DNA of 64,000 nt from Candidatus Peribacteria bacterium (GCA_943349825.1 CALQZQ010000006.1:17582-81581); one strand, 5' to 3'. Positions 19,184 to 28,266 are shown, counted from the stretch's first letter. Numbers and translations are program-made. The notes: generated from the sequence alone by a model not told the origin.

Positions 19184-19215
19184 AAAAAACCCTTCTTTCG
19201 AAGGGCTTTTATTTT
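19184..19215. terminator. bidirectional rho-independent terminator (ends rpsL-rpsG on minus strand and the 18945 unit on plus strand)
   Basis: AAAAAACCCTTC-TTTC-GAAGGGCTTTTATTTT, with a T-tract on both strands. Confidence 0.85.
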
Positions 19216-19232
19216 GAGTTGAGGTTCTTCGA

Positions 19233-19700
19233 CTACTTCTTCTTGGTGAAGCGAGCGTAGTGAGCGAAGGCGCGGTTGGCTTGAGCCATACGTTCCACGT
19301 CATCTTTTTTCTTTACAGCGGCACCGGTGCCTTCTGAAGCTTCCAGAATTTCGATGGAAAGACGGCGAGCCATAGGCATACCTTTGCGTCCGCGAGCGGC
19401 GGTGATGATCCAACGGAAGGACAACATGCGTTGTCGCTTGGGTTGTACTTCAAAAGGAACTTGGTAGACAGCACCTCCTACACGTTTAGGACGGACTTCC
19501 ATCGTGGGTTTGGTGTTTTCCAAAGCCTTGAAGAAAGTAGCCTTAGGTTCTTTGTGTCCACGTTTTTCGAGTTCAGCGAGCATTTCGTTGAAGATACGGC
19601 GAGCCGTATTCTTCTTTCCTTGCTTCATGATGGTGTTGATGAACTTTTCGCTCATCTCATCTGAATGCGGGGGAATGTAGGTTGTGATCTTCGTTTTCAT
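19233..19700 (-). CDS. rpsG: 30S ribosomal protein S7
   Basis: The track ORF is 155 aa, and the conserved block begins at MSEKFINTIMKQGKKNTARRIF. Other S7 features are VRPKRVGGAVYQVP and ANRAFAHYRF-like. The true start may be the internal Met. Confidence 0.95.
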   Translation of the reverse strand: MKTKITTYIPPHSDEMSEKFINTIMKQGKKNTARRIFNEMLAELEKRGHKEPKATFFKALENTKPTMEVRPKRVGGAVYQVPFEVQPKRQRMLSFRWIITAARGRKGMPMARRLSIEILEASEGTGAAVKKKDDVERMAQANRAFAHYARFTKKK

Positions 19701-19703
19701 GGT

Positions 19704-20117
19704 TTATTTCTTAGGTTTCTTAGCACCGTAGCGAGAACGACTTTGACGTCGGTTCTGAACACCTTGAGTGTCGAGACTTCCGCGAACGATATGGTAACGT
19801 ACTCCAGGTAGATCTTTTACACGGCCTCCACGTACGAGTACGATGGAGTGTTCTTGCAAATTGTGTCCTTCACCTCCGATGTAAGCAGTTACTTCGATTC
19901 CGTTGGTCAAACGCACACGTGCGATTTTTCGCAGAGCGGAGTTAGGTTTCTTAGGAGTCATGGTCGTTACTTTCGTGCACACACCACGTTTGAAAGGGCA
20001 GGCGAGTCCGTTGCTCTTGGATTTCAAAGTGTTGAAAATGCTCTGAAGCGCAGGAGCCTTACTTTTGCGAGTTTGGGCCGTGCGAGGCTTGCGAATGAGT
20101 TGATTGATGGTGGGCAT
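19704..20117 (-). CDS. rpsL: 30S ribosomal protein S12
   Basis: [10 protein letters not shown] and [10 protein letters not shown] motifs. Confidence 0.98.
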   Translation of the reverse strand: MPTINQLIRKPRTAQTRKSKAPALQSIFNTLKSKSNGLACPFKRGVCTKVTTMTPKKPNSALRKIARVRLTNGIEVTAYIGGEGHNLQEHSIVLVRGGRVKDLPGVRYHIVRGSLDTQGVQNRRQSRSRYGAKKPKK

Positions 20118-20165
20118 TGAACGAAAATTGTCTAAAAGCTGAGGCAGTTTAGTAGAGTTTAAGGC

Positions 20166-20540
20166 TTAGTGCAAGAGATTTTGCATGAGTAAGCCAAGTA
20201 AGAAGGAAATTAGGTTACATGTGAAGGAGAGGAACAGGGCTTTTTTGGGGCTGACCCGGAGCACGAAAAAGTAAATGACGGCTTCTACTAGGAACACACT
20301 GAGTTCGCCGATGGTGAGAAAGACAGTGTAGTCGTGGATGAGCGCGGGCAGAATGAACCAGAGGCAGGGCAATGTGAGTCCGGAAGCGACACAGGAAGCG
20401 AGGAGGAGTTTTTGTGTGGATAGTTTTGTCGCTGGAATTTTAAAACTGCTTCTTATGATCAGGAAAAGAATGGTGGTTTCCGCAAGAAGCGTGAGGAAGA
20501 GGGCTCTGAAAAACTCTAAAAAATAAGCTTCACTGGGCAT
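20166..20540 (-). CDS. small integral membrane protein (4 TM), unknown function
   Basis: 124 aa and hydrophobic. Only 2 nt separate it from the upstream SLH gene. Confidence 0.6.
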   Translation of the reverse strand: MPSEAYFLEFFRALFLTLLAETTILFLIIRSSFKIPATKLSTQKLLLASCVASGLTLPCLWFILPALIHDYTVFLTIGELSVFLVEAVIYFFVLRVSPKKALFLSFTCNLISFLLGLLMQNLLH

Positions 20541-20542
20541 AG

Positions 20543-21142
20543 TTATTGAGCTTCACGCGCCTGGGCGGTTTCGTAAATCATGACGGCCATTTCTGCTCGT
20601 GTGATGAGCTGATCAGGGCTTGTAATGGATTCAGGGGTTGCGCCTAGATCCTCTACCATGTCCACGTAGGGCTGGTACCAGGCTCCGTTGCTGGAGAGTT
20701 CTCCGGAGTCGAAAGCCAGCATGGTCATTTTTGCCGCTTCGGCAAAGTTCACGTCGTTGTCTGGTTTAAAGCTCTTGTCGGAGTAACCGCTGATCACGTT
20801 TTCATCGTAGAGTTTGTGGAGATAAGGAGCGTACCAAGCGTCTTGATCGATGTCATAAAAATCGAGCCAAGAAGTGAAGTCGGCACTTTCAGCATCGAAT
20901 TCGTAGGCAGCAATAGCGAGTATTTTTGAGAATTCAGCGCGATTGATGGTGTCGTCGGGATGGAAGCTCCCATCGGGGTAGCCACTCAAGATTCCATCTT
21001 CTTTGAGCCAGCGAATTTCCCAGTAGGCATCGTCGTATTCCTGAACGTCTGTAAAAACGTCTGGTTCAGGGGCGATATCTGCCAGCACGATGGAAGGCAG
21101 GGCAGTGAGTGTGAACAGCAGCAGTGTGAAGAGTTTTTTCAT
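20543..21142 (-). CDS. secreted protein made of three SLH (S-layer homology) repeats
   Basis: Signal peptide MKKLFTLLLFTLTALPSIVLA. The SLH pattern is FTDV...YWEIRWLKEDGILSGYPDGSFHPDDTINRAEFSKIL, seen three times. Confidence 0.8.
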   Translation of the reverse strand: MKKLFTLLLFTLTALPSIVLADIAPEPDVFTDVQEYDDAYWEIRWLKEDGILSGYPDGSFHPDDTINRAEFSKILAIAAYEFDAESADFTSWLDFYDIDQDAWYAPYLHKLYDENVISGYSDKSFKPDNDVNFAEAAKMTMLAFDSGELSSNGAWYQPYVDMVEDLGATPESITSPDQLITRAEMAVMIYETAQAREAQ

Positions 21143-21163
21143 GGCGTTGAGTTAAGGGTGAAT

Positions 21164-21805
21164 TTAATTAGAAGGACAGACTCCGTCGTTGTCCTCGGTG
21201 ACGTCTTCCATGCCGTCCACCAGTTGAGCCATTTCGACTCGAGTGACTTCTTTAGCGTACCAAGGGCTGGTGTCTTCTTGGATGGAGTCGGGCACTACTT
21301 CTAGGTCGAGGAGTTTGGTGGTGTAAGGTTCCCACCAAGAATCGTAGCCTTCTGTGATGACAAAACATTCGTAAGAATTCACGAGGACTTTCGCCGCTTC
21401 GGCGAAGTTGATGGTGTTGCTTGGTTTGAAAGTGCCGTCGTCGTAGCCGGAAATCACGTTTTGAGTGAATAACTTGTGGATATAGGGTTCAAACCAATCT
21501 GAAACATTGATGTCGCTGAAGGGAAGTTCGCCGCCCAGCGTGTCTGTGGAGGGGTCATGATCCCAAGCTGCGGTAGAAACGATTTTGGCGAACTCGGCGC
21601 GATTCACGGTATTGTTGGGTTTGAAACTGCCGTCGGCATAGCCGGAAATGATGCCAGCTTCTTTCAAATCATAGATTTCCCAGTAGCCTTCGTCTCCGTA
21701 TTCCACATCGTTGAAAAGGTTGGGTGGAGGCGCATCGTCTGCTAATGCCATTGAGGGGATGGCGCTGAGTGAAAGCAGCAGAAGGCCAGCGAGGAGTTTA
21801 TTCAT
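21164..21805 (-). CDS. secreted SLH-repeat protein, tandem paralog of 20543-21142
   Basis: Signal peptide, then FNDV...YWEIYDLKEAGIISGYADGSFKPNNTVNRAEFAKIV. It has the same three-repeat layout as its neighbour. Confidence 0.8.
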   Translation of the reverse strand: MNKLLAGLLLLSLSAIPSMALADDAPPPNLFNDVEYGDEGYWEIYDLKEAGIISGYADGSFKPNNTVNRAEFAKIVSTAAWDHDPSTDTLGGELPFSDINVSDWFEPYIHKLFTQNVISGYDDGTFKPSNTINFAEAAKVLVNSYECFVITEGYDSWWEPYTTKLLDLEVVPDSIQEDTSPWYAKEVTRVEMAQLVDGMEDVTEDNDGVCPSN

Positions 21806-21838
21806 GGAGTGGGATGAGATACTTCTAGTGTGCTCCTT

Positions 21839-22750
21839 TTAGAGCACAGATTCCAGTTCATCGATGTGATCGACGGAATCTTTGCAGCTTTCTATTTGAG
21901 TGCTGTTGAGTGTTTCGCACATAGTGTGGGATTTGTTCGTGTCTTGCGCGGTTGACGTTAGAATCTTTTCAGCGAGACCGAGGAGGCAGGCGTTTTGGAA
22001 TTCGGTGGGTGCGGCCAGGCAGCTTTGGGCGGTTTCTGTGAAGGGTTCTGTGGTGGGTAGGTATTGGTGATAGCTGCTCATAGAAGGGTAGCAGCTGCTT
22101 TGGTAGGGCGCGTCGACTTCAGCGCAAGGGAGCAAGATGCTTCCGACGGGGGGCTCGTGAGTGTGGTGCCCGGTGCCGTGAACGCCGGTGGAAAATTCCA
22201 TGAAGACGCCGGTGACGCAGGCGTGGTTGAGGGCTGAATCAGTGAGGGTGCAGAGGGGAAGTGTTTCGTTCAAATCGCCTGTGGTTTTTGCCGCCAGCAC
22301 GTGGCCGATGCCGTGGATGCAGTTGGAGTAATAGGTGGGGTTGGACTCGGCAAAGTCGCAGAAAGCGAAGTCGACGGTGGGGAGCTCGTCTAAATATTCC
22401 ATCACTACGCCGTGGAGACAGCCGGCTTTGAAGTTGAGCGGGCAGAGCTCGAAGGCTTCGGCGGGCGGAATTTTATTGAACGCGAGTTCCATGCCCACTT
22501 CGTGAACGATCGGTGAAAAAATGCGTGGGTCGTCCGTGATGGTTTTGTTTTTGAGGAGCGTGGAGAACTCCGTGAAAAGGGGAATGAGTTGCTCGGGATT
22601 TTGTTTGGTGATGGCCAGGATTTCTATGCTGAGGCAGGTGGTGCGATCTTCGACTTGGCAGCGGTTGGAGAGGGAGAGGGCTTCATTCGGTGTTGGTGTG
22701 ACTAGGAAGATTTGGAGCACGAGCGGCAAGAGCAGCAGGAGTTTTTTCAT
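21839..22750 (-). CDS. secreted Cys-rich repeat protein (C-x-H/T-G-x-G/F-H/M motif three times)
   Basis: The ATG at 22750 gives the signal peptide MKKLLLLLPLVLQIFLV. The track start at 22768 is a TTG. The protein has 18 Cys and the repeats GCLHGVVMEY, NCIHGIGHVL and ACVTGVFMEF. Confidence 0.7.
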   Translation of the reverse strand: MKKLLLLLPLVLQIFLVTPTPNEALSLSNRCQVEDRTTCLSIEILAITKQNPEQLIPLFTEFSTLLKNKTITDDPRIFSPIVHEVGMELAFNKIPPAEAFELCPLNFKAGCLHGVVMEYLDELPTVDFAFCDFAESNPTYYSNCIHGIGHVLAAKTTGDLNETLPLCTLTDSALNHACVTGVFMEFSTGVHGTGHHTHEPPVGSILLPCAEVDAPYQSSCYPSMSSYHQYLPTTEPFTETAQSCLAAPTEFQNACLLGLAEKILTSTAQDTNKSHTMCETLNSTQIESCKDSVDHIDELESVL

Positions 22751-22808
22751 GGACTTATTAAAGCACAAACTGTGCAGTAAACTGTATATTTCAAAATAAG
22801 TTGACCTC

Positions 22809-22833
22809 TAAAAATCTTTGCACGTGCAAAGAT
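22809..22833 (-). promoter_or_regulatory. perfect 20-bp palindrome ATCTTTGCAC|GTGCAAAGAT (operator or hairpin terminator)
   Basis: The palindrome spans 22814-22833. On the minus strand it is followed by UUUUU (22809-22813). Confidence 0.5.
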
Positions 22834-22861
22834 GTGCATTTAAGTGTGCAGTTCGTGGCGC

Positions 22862-22892
22862 AAACAAAAAAGTCCTCCAGAGTAGGACATAA
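22862..22892 (-). terminator. hairpin + U6 terminator
   Basis: The minus-strand RNA is GUCCU-ACUCUGG-AGGAC followed by UUUUUUGUUUG. Confidence 0.65.
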
Positions 22893-22994
22893 CGGGACAC
22901 GTCATTTTGTGACCATTTCTTAATCTGTTAAAGTCCCCCTTGGCGGTAGATTTGCAGGTTGGGAATGTGTCGCTAAGTGACGTAGCCCGTTATG
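22888..22994 (-). other. 107-nt element closed by a 17-nt imperfect inverted repeat (candidate structured RNA or MITE-like insert)
   Basis: The arm 22888-22904 (cataacgggacacgtca) and the arm 22978-22994 (tgacgtagcccgttatg) pair at 15 of 17 positions and enclose 73 nt. The element abuts the 22862-22892 terminator. Confidence 0.4.
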
Positions 22995-23002
22995 GGTGGT
23001 GC

Positions 23003-23033
23003 AAAAAGAGCCCCATTTCTGGAGCTCTTTTTG
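23003..23033. terminator. bidirectional hairpin terminator after lipoprotein gene
   Basis: AAAAAGAGCcccatttctggaGCTCTTTTTG, with A/T tracts on both sides. Confidence 0.65.
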
Positions 23034-23044
23034 TGAAGCTTCAT

Positions 23045-23413
23045 TTATTCTTCAATGGTGACCTCTGCTTCACAAACAATCTTACCTTCATTCTTAGGGC
23101 TGGGACTGGTTTCCACACAACTGATGTCTGTGGCGCCGTTTAAGCCGCAGTACTGGACTTCACCACTAGGAAGTACAGACCCTTTTAAATCCCAAGCGGA
23201 TCCATTTTCTATTGCGAAGCAAGCCATGCCGTTTCCATCTGCAGGGTTGCTTTTAAGCGTGAATGTCACACAGTCGCTGGTGGCTTCTTCTACTTCCAGT
23301 ACTGCACTGCTTTGCTCTTTTGCTGCGTCATTGAGACAGGATAGGGCTTCTGATTCTGGTGCGCACCCTGCTGCGAATGTACTGAGTACTGCTGCTTGTA
23401 TGAGTTTTCCCAT
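23045..23413 (-). CDS. small lipoprotein (122 aa, 6 Cys)
   Basis: MGKLIQAAVLSTFAAGC, a signal peptide plus A-A-G-C lipobox. Confidence 0.7.
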   Translation of the reverse strand: MGKLIQAAVLSTFAAGCAPESEALSCLNDAAKEQSSAVLEVEEATSDCVTFTLKSNPADGNGMACFAIENGSAWDLKGSVLPSGEVQYCGLNGATDISCVETSPSPKNEGKIVCEAEVTIEE

Positions 23414-23494
23414 AGGTGATATTTTTACGATTTACCTTAATTATACATTTATTCCTATTTTTGTACAGCTTATAATTGACGTAACCATAAAATA

Positions 23495-23503
23495 TGGTAC
23501 TAT
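23495..23503 (+). promoter_or_regulatory. extended -10 (TGgTACTAT) 6 nt before ATG: leaderless start
   Basis: TG at 23495-23496, TACTAT at 23498-23503, ATG at 23510. Confidence 0.5.
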
Positions 23504-23509
23504 CTATCT

Positions 23510-24412
23510 ATGAAAGTTTGCCTCGATAGGCCACTACCCCTCCTTATAAAGAGTCAGAACAAGGCTAAAGTGCTTTCTTTTGACCTTGAGAGAGGTGAAA
23601 GTCGTGCGCGGTTTTTGGGGATGGTTCACTTGGCTGAACCTGCTTTTTATGAACAAAGAAATCAGGAGCTGGAAGAGGATCCTGAGAGCACGGTTTTGGC
23701 CGAAGGAATTTATGACGAACAGGGTGCTTGTGAAGGTGAATCTTCTCAGGAAACTACAGCTCTCAGAAAAATGTACTCTATTTTGGCAGAACCTTTCCAA
23801 GGGGATCCCATTTTACAAACTCGAGTTTTTCCTCGCAGACAAGATGTAGAATCTTGTGATTTGAGTATGCAAGAACTTTTGCAGGGTTTGGATCTGGGTC
23901 GACATGGACAGGTTCCAGGGGAACTCATGGCGATGTTTTCTGCTTCGATTCAAGCGGTGGGTGCTGTTCCGTCCGTTCCAGAGGAGATTTTGCCTGCAGC
24001 GAGAGGTCTCTTAAAAAAACAACTTGCTGATAAGCTCGTCGGATTGGGAGAGGCTCCTGAGTGGTTGCTGAAGCGGATTCCAGGTTATAAAACGATCGTG
24101 GTTCGAAGGAATCATGGTGTTGCTCAGTATTTGAACGATGGTGTCCATGGAGCTCAAACGGTACTGGTTCCTTGGGGAGTCATGCATTTCCCAGATATGG
24201 TCAGGCATTTGTACCCTCAGGGTTGGAACTATGTTCCTGGAAGTGCCGCTTATACACCGTTTATGACAATGCCTACTTTTTTAGAACAGTTGAAGTGGAC
24301 TGCTACAACCGCTCTTTATGGTGTTGGAAAGGCGGTTGAATTGGGGGAGTGGGTATACAGGGAGGGTGCGAAACAGCTTGAAGCGCTGGGGGATAGAAAA
24401 GAGAAGAATTAA
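23510..24412 (+). CDS. hypothetical protein, possibly TraB/GumN-like (tentative)
   Basis: 300 aa. FLGMVHLAEPAFYE near the N-terminus and VVRRNHGVAQYL...TVLVPWGVMHFPDM near the C-terminus resemble the TraB/GumN pattern G-x-x-H ... R-N ... G-x-x-H. Confidence 0.4.
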   Translation: MKVCLDRPLPLLIKSQNKAKVLSFDLERGESRARFLGMVHLAEPAFYEQRNQELEEDPESTVLAEGIYDEQGACEGESSQETTALRKMYSILAEPFQGDPILQTRVFPRRQDVESCDLSMQELLQGLDLGRHGQVPGELMAMFSASIQAVGAVPSVPEEILPAARGLLKKQLADKLVGLGEAPEWLLKRIPGYKTIVVRRNHGVAQYLNDGVHGAQTVLVPWGVMHFPDMVRHLYPQGWNYVPGSAAYTPFMTMPTFLEQLKWTATTALYGVGKAVELGEWVYREGAKQLEALGDRKEKN

Positions 24413-24441
24413 AAAGCCCCACCGTTTGGCAGGGCTTTTTT
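24411..24441. terminator. bidirectional terminator between 23510 gene and rpoC
   Basis: AAAAAGCCCcaccgtttggcaGGGCTTTTTTG. Confidence 0.7.
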
Positions 24442-24456
24442 GAATTGCGATACGGA

Positions 24457-27400
24457 TTAATCTTCACGAGTATCGATCGCTTCGCCACGCATCTTCTTGC
24501 GGAAGGTTTCTCCGGCAGGGATGAGGCGGCCGATGATGACGTTTTCTTTGAGACCGTCGAGCATGTCCACACGGTGAGTGGTGGAGGCTTCCACGAGCAC
24601 GCGGATCGTTTCCTGGAACGAAGCGGCAGAGAGCCAGCTTCGAGTGTGGAGAGCGATACGAGTGAGACCGAGGAGCAGACGTTCGAACTTGATGAGTTCC
24701 TGGTGTTTCTTGTCGAACTTCTGGTTTTCTTCGAACACGGTTTGGTAATCCATGACTTCGCCAGGGAGGAAGTTGCTGGCTCCGGGTTCCACGATGCGAA
24801 CCTTGGAGAACATCTGACGAGTGATGATTTCGATGTGTTTGTCGTTGATGGACTGACCTTGAGAAGCATAGATGCTCTGCACTTCGCTCATGATGTACTT
24901 TTGAGTGGTGTAGATGTCTGAAAGCTTCATGAGCTTGCGGAGATTGAGGTGTCCACTGGTGAGCGGAGTTCCACGAGCCACGAGATCGCCATTCTTTACT
25001 TTGATCGTCTTTCCTGCGTCCACTTTGTAGACTTGTTCGGTGAGATCCGGTTGAATCACGATTTCCTTTTTGCCGGCCTTCACCACCACTCCATCCATAG
25101 GGGAGCGCAGCTTCTTGCCTTTCTTTTCTGCGAGCACGTCCTTCATGCTGATTTTGTCGTCCTTCTTCACCACGACCTCCATGCCGTCTTCTACATCGAG
25201 AGTTTCGGTGGGGATGTCGGTAGGAGTGAGAGTGATGTGGATTTGATTTCCTTTGGAGACCACGGTGGCCTTCCCATCGATTTCAGCGAGTACGGCAGGC
25301 TTCTTGGGCGTGCGAGCTTCGAAGAGTTCTTCCACACGGGTGAGACCCTGCGTAATATCGTCTTCGTTGGCGATACCTCCCATGTGGAAGGTACGCATGG
25401 TGAGCTGAGTACCAGGTTCTCCAATGGATTGAGCGGCGATGATTCCCACCGCGACTCCCATGTCTACGGACTTGCTGGAACCGAGATCGCGACCGTAACA
25501 CTTTTGGCAAACTCCATTCAGAGTGAGACAAGTCATCACGGAACGTACGCGAACGGTTTGAGTCTTGTGTTCGATGAGTACCTTAACGGCAGCTTTGTCG
25601 ATTTCGATTCCGGCCTTGAGCGCCACTTTTCCTTTGGCATCCGGCACGTCTTCACCCAGGGTGCGTCCGAAGATACGGTTTTCAAACGGTTCACCGATTT
25701 TTTCGCTTTCAGCGCGAGTCACCAAGTGAGTTTCTGTGGAACCACAATCGTCTTCTTTAATGATGATGTCTTGGACAGCATCCACGAGACGACGAGTGAG
25801 GTAACCGGCCTCAGCGGTCTTAAGAGCCGTATCGGATTTACCTTTACGTCCTCCGTGCGTCGCGATGAAGTACTCGAGAATGGAGAATCCTTCTTTGAGG
25901 TTGGATTTAATAGGAAGTTCGATGGTCTTACCGGCGGGATTCGCCACGAGACCTTTCATTCCACAGAGCTGAGTGATCTGTCCCCAGTTACCACGAGCGC
26001 CCGAGTCCACTTGGTAGTAGATGTCGTTTTCTTCCGTGAAGTTGGCTTGCATGGCCTTTGCGATGTCGTTCTTGGTCTTGGACCAGATTTTGATGGATTG
26101 GTTGTAACGTTCGTCTTCGGTGATGAAACCGCTGTTGAAGTATTCGTGCACTTGGTCGATCAAGTCTTCGGATTCCTTCATGATCTTGCCCTTTTCTTTG
26201 GGGATCAAAAGGTCGGCGCTGGCCATGGAAATTCCAGAGCGAGTGGCGTAGGTGAACCCGAGGAGCTTGAGGTCGTCACAGAATTTAGCCGTGATTTCCA
26301 GGCCGAAGCGTTCGAAGACGAGGGCCACGATTTCGGAAATTTCGCGTTTTTTGAGAGTGAGATTTTGGTAACCCATCGCTTCAGGCACCACGGTGTTGTA
26401 TATGGCGCGGCCGAGGGTTGTTTCCACCATTTCTCCATTGAAGCGGATCTTGATGGGGGACTGGAGGTGCAGTTCGTCGAACTGTTCGGCGATGACGGCT
26501 TCTTCCAAATTTCCAAAGACTTTCCCTTCGCCCTTCTTATTCTTGCGGAGAGCGGTGAGGTAGTAGAGCCCCAGCACCATGTCTTGAGTAGGAACGGTGA
26601 TTGGCTCTCCGGCGGAAGGCTTGAGCAAGTTGCGGGCGCTGCACATGAGCTCCTTCGCTTCTTCCTGAGCTTTTCCGGAAAGAGGAACGTGCACAGCCAT
26701 CTGATCTCCATCGAAGTCGGCGTTGAAGGCCGCACACACGAGAGGGTGAACTTGAATGGCTTTTCCTTCCACGAGCACGGGACGGAACGCTTGAATTCCA
26801 AGACGGTGCAAAGTAGGCGCACGGTTGAGGAGCACGTAACGGTCTTTGGTGACTTCTTCGAGCATGTCCCAAATGATGCGGTCGCTGTTTTGCAGCATCT
26901 TTTCAGCGCTCTTGATGTTGTGAGCGTAACCGTCGGTGATGAGTTTTCCGATGACGAAAGGCTTGAAGAGTTCCAAAGCCATGAGCTTGGGAAGTCCACA
27001 TTGGTCGAGGTTGAGTTTGGGTCCGATCACAATTACGGAACGTCCGGAGTAATCCACACGTTTTCCGAGCAAGTTCTGGCGGAAGCGTCCTTGCTTTCCT
27101 TTGAGCATGTCGGAAAGAGAGCGGAGCTTGCGTTTGTCGCCGGAATTGAAGACGGTCTTGCCTTGGCGAGCGCTGTTGTTGATGAGCGTGTCCACGGCTT
27201 CCTGGAGCATACGTTTCTCGTTACGGCAGATCACTTCGGGAGCTCCGATTTGAATGAGACGTTTGAGACGGTTGTTACGGTTGATGACACGACGGTAGAG
27301 GTCGTTGAGATCGGAAGCGGCGAAACGTCCTCCGTCGAGTTGCACCATCGGACGAAGGTCGGGAGGGATGACAGGGAGTACGGTAAGGATCATCCATTCG

Positions 27401-28266
27401 GGGTTGATGCCGGCCTTCACGAGAGATCCCATGAGCTTGATGCGCTTCATGAGCTTCACGCGTTTTTGACCGGTGGATTTTTCCATTTCACCTTCCATCT
27501 TCTTCATTTCACCTTCCATGTTCATGTCGCGGATGAGCTTGTGCAAAGATTCCGCACCGGTGCCGGCCTTGAAGACGTGACCGAATTTCATGGACATGTC
27601 GCGGTAGTCGATTTCGGATAAGACTTTGCTGCTTTCGAGAGATTCCAAATCCTTTTTGGCTTGTTCCCCGGTTTCTACCAATTCTTCTACCTTTGCAGCC
27701 ATTTCTTTTTCGATGTCTTTGGTGTTTCCGGTGCCGGTTTTGATGCGTTCCTCGTACTCACGAATCAAATCCTTTTTGTGGCTCTTGAATTCTTCCTCGA
27801 GTTGAGTGATGGCTTCTTTCTTGGCGTTGTCGTCGACTTCCGTGATGACGTAAGCGGCAAAGTAAACGATTTGCTCCAAGATCTTCACGGGCAAGTTGAG
27901 TAAAAGCCCGATGCGGCTCGGGGTGGAGCGTAGGAACCAAATGTGCGTCACGGGCACGGCGAGGGTGATGTGACCCATGCGTGTGCGGCGGACGATGGAA
28001 CGAGTGACTTCCACTCCACATTTTTCACAAATAACGCCCTTGTAACGGATGCGCTTGTATTTTCCGCAGGCACATTCCCAGTTCTTGGTAGGACCGAAAA
28101 TGCGTTCGCAGAAAAGACCGTCACGTTCCGGTTTTTGAGTGCGGTAGTTGATGGTTTCCGGTTTCTTCACTTCTCCGTGGGACCACGAGAGAATTTGCTC
28201 CGGCGAAGCCACAGCAATCGCGATGGCATCGAAGAGAACGGGAGCTTTCTTTGGATCAGTCATCAT
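24457..28266 (-). CDS. rpoC: DNA-directed RNA polymerase subunit beta'
   Basis: 1269 aa with the NADFDGDQM catalytic motif and a zinc-binding CxC..C..C N-terminal region. Confidence 0.99.
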   Translation of the reverse strand: MMTDPKKAPVLFDAIAIAVASPEQILSWSHGEVKKPETINYRTQKPERDGLFCERIFGPTKNWECACGKYKRIRYKGVICEKCGVEVTRSIVRRTRMGHITLAVPVTHIWFLRSTPSRIGLLLNLPVKILEQIVYFAAYVITEVDDNAKKEAITQLEEEFKSHKKDLIREYEERIKTGTGNTKDIEKEMAAKVEELVETGEQAKKDLESLESSKVLSEIDYRDMSMKFGHVFKAGTGAESLHKLIRDMNMEGEMKKMEGEMEKSTGQKRVKLMKRIKLMGSLVKAGINPEWMILTVLPVIPPDLRPMVQLDGGRFAASDLNDLYRRVINRNNRLKRLIQIGAPEVICRNEKRMLQEAVDTLINNSARQGKTVFNSGDKRKLRSLSDMLKGKQGRFRQNLLGKRVDYSGRSVIVIGPKLNLDQCGLPKLMALELFKPFVIGKLITDGYAHNIKSAEKMLQNSDRIIWDMLEEVTKDRYVLLNRAPTLHRLGIQAFRPVLVEGKAIQVHPLVCAAFNADFDGDQMAVHVPLSGKAQEEAKELMCSARNLLKPSAGEPITVPTQDMVLGLYYLTALRKNKKGEGKVFGNLEEAVIAEQFDELHLQSPIKIRFNGEMVETTLGRAIYNTVVPEAMGYQNLTLKKREISEIVALVFERFGLEITAKFCDDLKLLGFTYATRSGISMASADLLIPKEKGKIMKESEDLIDQVHEYFNSGFITEDERYNQSIKIWSKTKNDIAKAMQANFTEENDIYYQVDSGARGNWGQITQLCGMKGLVANPAGKTIELPIKSNLKEGFSILEYFIATHGGRKGKSDTALKTAEAGYLTRRLVDAVQDIIIKEDDCGSTETHLVTRAESEKIGEPFENRIFGRTLGEDVPDAKGKVALKAGIEIDKAAVKVLIEHKTQTVRVRSVMTCLTLNGVCQKCYGRDLGSSKSVDMGVAVGIIAAQSIGEPGTQLTMRTFHMGGIANEDDITQGLTRVEELFEARTPKKPAVLAEIDGKATVVSKGNQIHITLTPTDIPTETLDVEDGMEVVVKKDDKISMKDVLAEKKGKKLRSPMDGVVVKAGKKEIVIQPDLTEQVYKVDAGKTIKVKNGDLVARGTPLTSGHLNLRKLMKLSDIYTTQKYIMSEVQSIYASQGQSINDKHIEIITRQMFSKVRIVEPGASNFLPGEVMDYQTVFEENQKFDKKHQELIKFERLLLGLTRIALHTRSWLSAASFQETIRVLVEASTTHRVDMLDGLKENVIIGRLIPAGETFRKKMRGEAIDTRED

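Noticed and set aside
18925-19215. Whether the promoter-to-terminator unit is RNase P RNA, SRP RNA, tmRNA or 6S RNA.
   Set aside because: RNase P conserved regions are absent: there is no GGAAAGUCC-type P4 strand, no ACAGAA-CCGGCUUA 3' strand, and the 5'-end helix is too close to the candidate P4. There is no SRP helix-8 GGAA loop with AGCAGC. There is no tRNA-like GGUUCGA T-arm or CCA end for tmRNA. 6S cannot be judged from sequence alone. The unit is kept only as an unclassified candidate.
24949-27621. An 890-aa plus-strand ORF antisense to rpoC. Similar long antisense ORFs occur at 7474-8904, 9714-10484, 14680-15684, 16955-17872, 31262-32041 and 44695-45864.
   Set aside because: Each lies entirely inside a highly conserved gene on the other strand. 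Each has a biased, low-complexity composition (rich in F, V, G, H and D) and no recognisable motif. This is the usual stop-poor shadow frame of strongly codon-biased genes.
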